From the human T2T-CHM13v2.0 reference genome, Homo sapiens, in NCBI RefSeq assembly GCF_009914755.1, contig NC_060939.1: a stretch of DNA of 64,000 nucleotides. One strand, 5' to 3'. Below are positions 52,983 through 64,000 of this stretch, piece after piece (the first letter of the stretch is position 1; every line of letters begins with the position of its first letter). The position numbers and the translations under genes are program-made. A model generated the notes under the pieces. It made no database searches and was not told the origin of the DNA. It saw only the letters and a list, made by a program, of their open reading frames with translations.

Positions 52983-54759
52983 ATCTGAAAGACAAAGTAT
53001 TGACAGCCTAGGTGATGCCGTTCCTGCCATTCTGTTTGACCTCATCTCCTGTTCTGCCTTTTGTTTACTATGCTTCAGCCAGAGTGGCCTTTTTTTCTTT
53101 CCTTTGATCCTGCCAAGCTTGTGCCTGCCACAGGACTGTTATATTTGCGTTTCCTTCTGTGCAGGGCTTTCTTCCCATTTCCATGGCTATTACCTCTTTT
53201 TCATTAGTCTCAGATGTCACCTCTTCTCCATCTTTGTCATTGTCTACCCACATTATTCTATTTTTGTGTATTTGTTTAATCCTCCCCTTTCCATATTTAT
53301 TTAATCCTCTCTGGTCCCCAAATGAAGGAAAAGACTGTTTTTGTTAGTAGTCGTGTCCATGGCATCTAGAATGGTCCCAAAACAAAAAGCATTTGTTTGA
53401 ATGGTCATCGCTGGCAGCCTTAACTTAATAAAGGGATACATTTAATTGCAGTTGAAAGGTAGCTGGAGCTGTGTATAAGAAATAAATATGCTAGGATTCT
53501 AATTATTTATATACTTTGATAACATGTTAAACCTCAAATTTGAATTTAGAAGAAAATTTAGGCAGTGGTTTTCTTATTATCGTGGTCATTCATTTGTGGA
53601 AGCAGTTTAATTCATTTTCTACTTCATTTACTCTGTTAAAATGAGGCGAGTGTCATATAATCTGAAATATGTTAAACTAGTGCACTGCATATGAATTTTT
53701 TTAAAAGATGTTCGTAATATAAGGGATCTCTATCTTTGTGTGGTAGTCCACAAGTTTGTTCATAAATTCGTTGTTTGAAATGGCATTTTTTTCCCCAGAA
53801 AGTTAGAATTATTGCATTTTTGAATATCACAGGATTTGTTAACTATTTGGCCCTCTGTATCAGTCTGGTTAGAAAGCTTCTGTATCAGTCTGGTTGGATA
53901 CCATGGAAGTTGCGGTAAGCTTTTCTTCCTAATCTAGGTAATATGACTGAATACTTACCCTTTGTTAGAAGTTATGTTGAGCACTTTATATAGATTATCT
54001 CAGTCTTCACAACAGTCCTGAAATAGGTACTATTATGCCCATTTTGCAGCTGCGAAAATTGAGTTTTCTAAGTAGTAACCTGTCCTTGATTGCACAGTCA
54101 CTAAGCCCATTATGGTCTCTAAGGGAGTATAGTCAGAGTTGAAGTGTTTTTAATTTTCTATGTAATTACGTTTTTTTTGTATAATTACGTTTCACTTTGA
54201 TAGACCATTAGTTCATTTGTTTCCATATTCAAGTTTTGACTTAATCTTGTTTTCTGAGTGTGTAAAAAATGTTCATGATTCAAAAGGTACATGCAGAGTA
54301 AGCCTCATTCCTTTTCCTTCTACTTCTTTCCTGTATACTTCCTGTAAGTAATCATATCCGTTAGTTTCTGGTTTGTCCTTACTGATTTTCTTTTTGGAAG
54401 AACAACAACAAACAAAAAACCCAACCCCCCCCAAAATTATGCATACATATGTATACATATGTACATATTATGTATGTGTATATTTATTTTCTGATTTTCC
54501 TTCTGTCTTACTCAAAATGCAGCACACTATATATGCTTTTGTACCCTTTTTTTCTCATTTAATAATATGTCCTGGAAGTCACTTGGAAGGAAACTTTTAT
54601 TCACATCGTCTGATATCAAGTTCTACTAGGTCTTTAAACAGACTTTGTCATATCCACCCACGTATGATTCTTTCTCCTCCTCCTTCCTTTTAGAGTTTCT
54701 GTGGTTTGATGCTTTCTAGACTCTAGGAATCATATTTCTTTCTCTTTCCACAGCCTTCT

Positions 54760-54860
54760 CCCCTGTACCCTCTTCTTTCTCTCCCTCCCTCTCTCCTTCC
54801 CTTCCCCCCTCCTTCCTCTCTTGTCCCCCTCCCCCTTCTCTTCCTTTCCTTTCCTTCCAT
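54760..54860. repeat. CT-rich low-complexity tract
   Basis: Polypyrimidine run of CCTT/CCCT units. Confidence 0.8.
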
Positions 54861-55361
54861 TTTAAAATTAGGATGTTTAGAAGATATAGATGTAAATGAG
54901 GCCAAAAAGGAAATTCGCCTACATTTAGCAGAAACCTCGAGTCTCTGGTCTTCACAAAGGGATGTTACTTTGGACGTTCCTATCAAGGAGTTAACTAAGA
55001 CTGTGGAAGAAAGAGTAGGGTAGGAATTTTTAGAAACAGGCAGTTGGTAGGGGGATCATGGGAACTGGACTTGCTGCTGGTAATGAGAAAGACAGGGGTG
55101 GAGACAGGGCTCATGATGTCCTCTTCTTCCCTTTGTCTTTCCCCCTGTTTTCTTTCTATGAGCATCATTGGGGCAAGCAGAATAGGGAGATTGGGTTGAT
55201 GTTCTTGGTGGTCCTAGCAAAGTATGAAGAGATGAGTGAAAGGGGCAGCTTGAAAGTGCTCATTAGAAGGCACTTGAACACTATGAATATAAAGGGGTAT
55301 TTATGAATCAGGTGGGTATAAGTCAGAGAGTGTCTTGACTGAATACAAGAGATAAATCTCT

Positions 55362-55652
55362 GTTTTGTTTTTGTATTTTGTTTTGAGACAGGGTTTCTCT
55401 CTGTCACCCAGGCTGGAGTGCAGTGGCATGATCATGGCTCACTGCAGCCTTGACCCCCTGGGCTGAAGCAATCCTCCTGCCTCAGCCTCTGGAGTAGCTG
55501 TGACTGCAGGTACACACCATTGCACCCAACTAATTTTTTTTTAATGTAGAAATGGGGGTCTCACTTTGTTGCCTAGGCTGGTCTCGAACTCCTAGGCTCA
55601 GGTGATCCTCCTAAAGTGCTGGGATTGCAGGTATGAACCTCTACATCTGGCC
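55362..55652 (-). mobile_element. AluJ
   Basis: ATCATGGCTCACTGCAGCCTTGACC diagnostic. Confidence 0.85.
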
Positions 55653-55924
55653 TAAAACTCTTAATGCTATGAAGAGAGGCACAAGAACCCTCTTTCCTTT
55701 TCCTCTCCCGGTGTATAAAATAAATGTGGTATATACCTTTATATCTGTGTCTTTCTCTATTTCTTTCTCCATCTACCATGCTTGCTTCATAACTATCTCT
55801 ATTTCTATCTTCACCTCTATTTCTCTATATCTCTGTCTGTCAGTCTCTCTAGGCAAAATAGGATATCTACTTACGTAGCAAAATCATACCTTCCCCTGCT
55901 TCACAGCCATGATTGGGAGGGAGT

Positions 55925-56185
55925 AGAGTGTAGAGTGGCTAAGAGATTGGTTTTGGAACTAGTCAGACTTAGGTCTCAAATTTCACCTCTGCCCCTTAGT
56001 AACTGTATAACCATGTCACTTAATTTTTTTGAGACTCGTTATCCCTATCTTTGGAAGAGAGGTCATAAATATATATACCCCATGGGGTATTGTAAGGAAT
56101 ACATAAAATTATATTTCTGAAGTGTTTAGCATGGTGCCTAACACATAGGAGTTCAGTAAATTGTAGCTGTTGGCTACTGTTATTA
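55925..56185 (+). mobile_element. MIR
   Basis: GTAGAGTGGCTAAGAG..CAGAC..CACTTAA..GTATTGTAAGGA..TAGCATGGTGCCT motifs. Confidence 0.7.
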
Positions 56186-56375
56186 ATGCTGCTTTTGTTT
56201 TAATATGAGTCAACTGAAGGTACAGTGTCTATCTACATAAACCTGATGTTCAATTTATATTTGGCTCTCTGAGAACTCATCTCTCTCTCAGCCCAAATGA
56301 ACCTTTATATATTATTTCCTTCTTGAAATTGGCTTTTTTTTTCAGTTAAACTAAAGTGTCTTTTTTATTGTTTAG

Positions 56376-56624
56376 GTTGTAAATGTCTTAAAATCCTTAT
56401 TGTCAAATCTTGATGAAGTAAAGAAGGAAAGAGAGGGTCTGGAGAATGACTTGAAATCTGTGAATTTTGACATGACAAGCAAGTTTTTGACAGCCCTGGC
56501 TCAAGATGGCATGATAAATGAAGAAGCTCTTTCTGTTACTGAACTAGATCGAGTCTATGGAGGTCTTACAACTAAAGTCCAAGAATCTCTAAAGAAACAG
56601 GAGGGACTTCTTAAAAATATTCAG
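56376..56624 (+). pseudogene. PDCD6IP: PDCD6IP-like exon (VVNVLKSLLSNLDE...LLKNIQ), open
   Basis: TTTAG acceptor, CAG|GTGAAA donor; matches ORF 56400-56660. Confidence 0.93.
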
Positions 56625-56773
56625 GTGAAATTTATGTATTTAATAACATCTATGTTTTAAAAATTACAGAAAAGATATGTCTGGACTAAACCTATATTCA
56701 ATTAGAAAAATGACATTGGAGAATATCTGTAGTTGAGAGTAGAACTTAATACATATATATTTTGTAAAATTAA

Positions 56774-57127
<354 letters not shown>

Positions 57128-57781
57128 AGAAACAAAGTCATTTCTATGGCTAAAATGTTGCATATTACTTAGGAGTGCTTGATACTTCTGATATTTTTCA
57201 TGGTTTCAAGTTTTTAATAGCTTTGTTTTTTTTTTCCATACGGGAGGAAAATCGAAATTAGTTGGAATTACTGATACCTTTAATTATACGGCTAACATAC
57301 ATACAGACTTCAGTCATTTTTTAAAAAAATAATGCAAACTAAATATGTTGAGAAGTTTGAAGTTAGTTTTCGTGTTTACAGATAGGTAGTTTGGACTAAC
57401 AAAGACTTGAAAGTTTGCCCTTTTCATAGTTAATGTGCAAAATTAAACATATATTTCTACTCCTAAACATTGTATCTATATATGATATAAAATATTCCAA
57501 AAGGTAAAATAATTTTCATGTTATATTTTTTGCAAGTGTTATATACTAATAGAAATCTGTGATCATTATTGGTTGTTTTGACTTCTATTGGATTTTTGAA
57601 ATTTTTACTTAAGAAAGATTTAAAGCATAATGAGGCTTCAAAAGAGTATACTAGGTATTTCTAGTAATTTTGCATATGTATTTAATTACATATGATTTTC
57701 ATAATTGGAAAAGATCAATAAAAATGTTATGAGCCATATTTTATAAGTAAATGTAAATACATAAATCTTTCTTTTAACAAG

Positions 57782-57916
57782 GTCTCACATCAGGAATTTT
57801 CGAAAATGAAGCAATCTAATAATGAAGCTAACTTAAGAGAAGAAGTTTTGAAGAATTTAGCTACTGCATGTGACAACTTTGTTGAACTTGTAGCTAATTC
57901 GAAGGAAGGCACAAAG
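57782..57916 (+). pseudogene. PDCD6IP: PDCD6IP-like exon (VSHQEFSKMKQ...KEGTK), open
   Basis: AACAAG acceptor, AAG|GTATGA donor. Confidence 0.92.
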
Positions 57917-58722
57917 GTATGAAGTACATGCAAAAGGAACCATAGCTAGCAAGTACAGATGTGAACGTATAGGTTGGAAGTTAAATGGTATTTCCAGTTG
58001 AACCAAATTACTCTTTGCCTGGAATGTTAGCTTTAATGCCATTGCCTCTGCGAAGTTTGTTACAGGAGGGAGAAAGCTTAATGAAGGTGGCAACATTTCA
58101 TGGGAACCTTGAAGAATGAATTGCATATTTCAACTGGCAGAAAAGGGGTACAAATATTCCAGGTAGCAGGAATTAGCAGAGATGTCAATGACACCTTTTT
58201 AAGGGATAGGAAGTTGATTAATTTGATGAATTTTGAGGGGACAGGAGTAGTCAAAGCTGATTTGTGATGGAAAAGCTGGGCGGGCATGACTTTTATATTC
58301 TGTGTGGTGGTTTGCTGAGGACAGACTTGTGGCCTGCCCAAGTGTCAGAAGGCTTGCTGAATATGTAAGTACTTTCTTGCCTTGTCCTTTAAAAAGTTTA
58401 GGGAATTCACTTATATTTGTTTTTACCAATTTGTTTTTGAGGGAACAGTGATTTTTAAGTTTTCTCAGATGCATAATTCCTTTTGGTACTTAACTTCATA
58501 ATAATCACTGAATAAAGTTACCTTGATATAAATACAGTAGCTAAAATGTAAAACCCTCTGAAGAGAGGGTGAAAATACTGCAAAGCCTTCCAAATAGAGA
58601 GGATGGTAAAATGCCATTTTAACTTGGTTTAAAATGCTTTGTTTAAATAGGTAAGCTGAGAAAACCCTCCAGAGAGCCTTTAGAAATTCTTTTAAGGGTT
58701 TCTGAAGTATGCTTGCATTTCT

Positions 58723-59567
58723 TTTTTTTTTTTTTTTTATACTTTAAGTTTTAGGGTACATGTGCACAACGTGCAGGTTTGTTACATATGTATACATGTG
58801 CCATGTTGGTGTGCTGCACCCATTAACTCGTCATTTAGCATTAGGTATATCTCCTAATGCTATCCCTCCCCCCTCCCCCCATCCCACAACAGTCCCCGGT
58901 GTGTGATGTTCCCTTTCCTGTGTCCATGTATTCTCATTGTTCAATTCCCACCTATGAGTGAGAACGTGCAGTGTTTGGTTTTTTGTCCTTGCAATAGTTT
59001 GCTGAGAATGATGGTTTCCAGCTTCATCCATGTCCCTACAAAGGACATGAACTCATCATTTTTTATGGCTGCATAGTATTCCATGGTGTATATGTGCCAC
59101 ATTTTCTTAATCCAGTCTATCATTGTTGGACATTTGGGTTGGTTCCAAGTCTTTGCTATTGTGAATAGTGCCGCAGTAAACATATGAGTGCATGTGTCTT
59201 TATAGCAGCATGATTTATAATCCTTTGGGTATATACCCAGTAATGGGATGGCTGGGTCAAATGGTATTTCTAGTTCTAGATCCCTGAGGAATCACCACAC
59301 CGACTTCCACAATGGTTGAACTAGTTTACAGTCCCACCAACAGTGTAAAAGTGTTCCTATTTCTCCACATCCTCTCCAGCACTTGTTGTTTCCTGACTTT
59401 TTAATGATCGCCGTTCTAACTGGTGTGAGATGGTATCTCACTGTGGTTTTGATTTGCATTTCTTTGATGGCCAGTGATGATGAGCATTTTTTCATGTGTT
59501 TTTGGCTGCATAAATGTCTTCTTTTGAGAAGTGTCTGTTCATATCCTTTGCCCACTTTTTGATGGGG
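58723..59567 (-). mobile_element. 5'-truncated L1PA
   Basis: L1 3'UTR and ORF2 C-terminus; perfect 17-bp TSD AGTATGCTTGCATTTCT (58706-58722, 59568-59584). Confidence 0.96.
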
Positions 59568-59932
59568 AGTATGCTTGCATTTCTGTAGTGAATTTGAAAA
59601 CCTAATCCTTCCACTTAAATAGGTTTCATGTTATTAAACAATTGACTTTTCTCTAGGAATTAGGAAGATTTTCATGATCATGAAACTTTTAACTTGTTAC
59701 ATTTTTGATGATAATGTTCTATAAAAATGATTTTATTATTTTTATTTTCTTTAGGAGTCTTAGATCATATTTAATATTAAGTTGTTGGGCCTAGTAAATT
59801 GTATGGATGTATCTCATGCAGATCTCAGTTCTTCGGCTTTAACTGTCATTGACAAATTAGCTTTAGATCACATTACTCTCTGGATTAAAAAATTGTTCTT
59901 GTTCATTACTTGTATTTGTTCTTTGCTTATAG

Positions 59933-60027
59933 TTTTACAATGAGTTGACTGAAATCCTGGTCAGGTTCCAGAACAAATGCAGCGATATAGTTTTGGCATG
60001 GAAGACAGAAAGAGATGAACTCTTAAA
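59933..60027 (+). pseudogene. PDCD6IP: PDCD6IP-like exon ([31 protein letters not shown]), open
   Basis: TTATAG acceptor, AA|GTAAGT donor. Confidence 0.92.
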
Positions 60028-60665
60028 GTAAGTCTGTTTTGTGTATCAAATTGTACTTAAGAATTTTCTTTTAAAAAATCATGTGGAGACTTTTGGTGTG
60101 AACTTGGTAGTATGAGAGCAGTTTCCCTCCTTTTCTCATGGAAGAAGGAACTAGATAGAGTATTTTACAAAGCAACAAGTAAACAGCTGCACAGTCTGGG
60201 AATGAAAGGATGAAAAGAAGCAGAAACTCTAGATGCAGGAAGTACAGTGAGGTCACAGAAATGATAAAACAGTTCAGGTGGCAGATCTCAGGAAGTGCCA
60301 GTAAATACAAGCAATTTATTTTGAAGTGGCAAATAGGTTCCTTACATAAAACTAGAGCTATAGAACATGGAGGAGACGCCGTGAATAGCTCAGAGAATAC
60401 CAGCAAAATCACTTTCAGAGGAGGCTGCTGAGAAAGCAGGGCCAGTTAACATACGACTCATTTCCTGCTGAGTAATCAACACGGAGTAGCACAGCGCTGA
60501 TAAAAGGTGAAAAACATTAACAAAATTTAATAAAACTTCATAGATGAAGAATATTTACCAAAATAATATTGTCACAGAATAGGTGAAAATTATGAGCAAA
60601 CGTCTGACCATGAACTAAACAAAAAGAACAACAACAACAAATGTAAGAAGGCAGTCATTCTAAGG

Positions 60666-61013
60666 CCGGGGTCCCCAGTCCTGGGGCCATGGACTGGTAC
60701 TGGTTCGTGGCCTGTTAGGAACTGGGCTGCACAGCAGGAGGTGGGTGGCAGACAGGCCGGCGGCTGGGCGAGTATTACTGCCTGAGCCCCACCTCCTGTC
60801 AGGTCAGCCTCAGCATTAGATTCTCATAGGAGCGCAAACCCTATTGTGAACTGCCCGTGTAAGGGATCTAGGTTGTGCGTTGCTTAGGAGACTCTGACTA
60901 ATGCCTGATGATCTGAGGTGGAACAGTTTCATCCTGAAATCATCTTCCGCTCCCCTGTGGAAAAATTGTCTTGCATGAGACCGGTCCCTGATGCCATAAA
61001 GGTTTGGGGACTG
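60666..61013 (+). mobile_element. MER1B-like hAT DNA transposon
   Basis: GGGGTCCCC..TGGCCTGTTAGGAACTGGGCTGCACAGCAGGAGG..GCATTAGATTCTCATAGGAGCGCAAACCCTATTGTGAACTG..GGGGACTG. Confidence 0.88.
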
Positions 61014-61951
61014 CTCCTCTAAGGAACACTTGGAGCAGAAATTCCAGAACTGCAGGAATATGGTAAGAAAACAGGAAGTGGTAAGATGTGAGGTGTCAGA
61101 ATTCAGGAAAGAAGTAGAAGGGAAGAATCAAACCACGACATGGGAAAGAGCACAAAGGGCGAGTAAACACTGAAGAACACACAGGAACACAGAGTAGAAA
61201 TGAGGAAATTAAAATGAAACCAAAGTCAAGAAAGAATGAGAAAGGATTAGAGAGAAGATGGGCACAGAAGATCTAATATGGGCAAAACTGAATTTCTCTC
61301 AAAGAAGAAAAACCAGACAGAACAGTTATTTAACTTTCTGTAAACAGAGCACTTATTTCATGATACTCAAGAACATTTTCTTAAAACAAGTGAAGGTTGT
61401 TGAAAGAGGATATCACATGGTAGGGGAAATTGATCAAGAACTGTCAGCATCAAGGCATATAAATTATTGGCCTTAAAAGGTAATGGCAGAATCCTTTAGG
61501 CAGTCAGGCAAAACAATCAAACCAGTATATAAAAAGGTGAAAAAAATTAGGCTGGCAGCTCTGTATGCCAGAAGAGAGTGGAGTGATTGCTGTAATCTCA
61601 AGGATAGTAAATATGAGCTAAAGATTTTATATCATATAGTAAATACATGCTAAAGATTTTATATCCAAACTGTCCTTCGGGTGCATAAAAAGCCATATAT
61701 TCATTAGTAATAAATATAAAGAGCTGAAAGAGTCTTATACCGATGACCCTTTCAGCCAACTAGATCTTTATTCATCTCTCTGTTCATGTTCATGTTCATT
61801 CACCTCTCTGCTCATGTTCATGAGAGAAGTTATTTTCTTCTACCTCTAAGAAAGAGCAGGTGAGTTGTTTTTAGAATATTTCTACTAAACCTATAAAAAG
61901 CAAATAATTAGAATGTTTTAAAAATGGTTCTAAATGTTTTAAAAAAGGTGA

Positions 61952-62224
<273 letters not shown>

Positions 62225-63109
62225 TGAGTATTCTCCATATTAGTCTTAAAGATAAAAAAAACCTAACAAAGATTAATACAAAACAGTCTACAGACCAGTT
62301 TCAGTTATGAATATGGATGCAAAAGTCCTAAATAAAGTATTTGCCAGTAATAGTCACCAGGACGTTAAAAAATAATTATTGACCAAGGGGAGGGGGGCAT
62401 TTATTCCAGTATTCAGTATTCAGTGTTTTCATGTCAAAGGAAAGATTACAGGCTTGTCTTAATAGATGAGGCAGAAGCATTTAAGAAAATGAGTGTTCTG
62501 ATACTCAGTAAAATAAGAATAGATAGAAGATAGATGCTTCCGTAACATGAAAAAATATATATGTATGTGTGTGTATATATTTCTGCCCAAAACTCAGTAC
62601 AGTGATTAATGGAGAAGCACTATAAACAGTTCCCTCTGAAGTCAAGAACAGACAACAAATGTCACTGTCAGCACTATTTTTAAATACTATACTGCAGTAC
62701 CAGCCAAGACAATCACGTGAGAGAGAAATTTAAAAATTGGAAAGGAAGAAGTAAAACTAGCACTATTTACAGACATTATGATTGTACAACTACTTGAAAA
62801 CCCAAGAGAACCCCAAAACTCTGCAAATAATAAAATAATTATTACTGAAGTTGTTGATCATAAAAATAATTTGTAGAAATCAGTGGCTTTCATGTAAATA
62901 AACCTATAGAGGATAAGATGAAGAGACCCACTTACGGTAGCAACAAAAAGGATAAAATATAAAATATAAGTTTGTCATATATGAGACCTGTGTGAAGAAA
63001 AAACTATTTCAAGGACACAAAAGAAGGCTTGAGCAAGTTAAAAAGCATGTTCTTGGATAGGATGACTCAACTTCATCAAGATGTCAACTCTCAGTTAACT
63101 TATGTATCA

Positions 63110-63290
63110 ACTGGGCGTGATGGCATGCACTTCTAGTCCCATCTACTTGGGAGATTGAAGTGGGAGGATGGTTTGAGCCCTGGAATTCTAGGTTGTAGTG
63201 CGCTATGATTGTACCTATAAATAGCCACGGTACTCCAGTCTGGGCAGCAGTGAGACCCTATCTCTAATAACAAACATAAATAAAGAAATA
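63110..63290 (+). mobile_element. FAM (fossil Alu monomer)
   Basis: GTGCGCTATGATTG..ATAAATAGCCAC.GTACTCCAG signature. Confidence 0.75.
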
Positions 63291-63299
63291 AACATATAC

Positions 63300-63645
<346 letters not shown>

Positions 63646-64000
63646 TCAGCTTTTCATTTGGAATTAGACAAGTTGATCCTAAAGTTCAAGTAGAAAAAGA
63701 AACAAGGTCAGCCAGGAAAACAATAAAAAGAGTAGTGAAGGGATACTAGTTCTACCAGATAATAAGGTATATAATACCATCTTTAATTAAAACACAGTGG
63801 TACTGGTACATGATTAGACAAAGACAGAATAGAAAATAGAAATAGATTCAAATACATGTGTGAATTTAGTGTAAAAGATCTTCAACCAACCAGAAGAGGT
63901 TGTAGTCAACTGCCCAGCCATTTAGAAAATAAAAGTTATCTTTATACCAGAGTAAGTTCTGAGTGGACCAAACTTGAAATTTGTAAATGAAATATAAAGT

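Overview
Primate (very likely human) genomic DNA that reads as a mosaic segmental duplication. It is Alu/L1-rich and has no conventional intact multi-exon gene. Main contents: (i) a 5'-truncated processed ZFYVE9 pseudogene (- strand, ~3.5-4.85 kb); (ii) a ~3.4 kb tandem array of ~7 CpG-rich [AluJ left arm + inverted AluSp] units (22.8-26.2 kb) with strand-specific A>G hypermutation resembling a genomic fossil of ADAR-edited RNA, the most unusual element here; (iii) an intronless, poly(A)-tailed DEXI retrocopy with its CpG island and an intact 95-codon ORF (29.7-31.3 kb); (iv) an orphan 69-nt exon (32951-33019); (v) seven consecutive spliceable exons of an unprocessed PDCD6IP/ALIX partial duplicate (42.4-60.0 kb), covering essentially the V domain with no Bro1 exons seen. 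The DEXI copy + PDCD6IP pseudogene pairing matches my recollection of the 15q11-q13 duplicons (PDCD6IPP1/P2 neighbourhood); that locus assignment is inference, not verified. Repeat subfamily calls and boundaries are by eye, and parent-protein comparisons are from memory.
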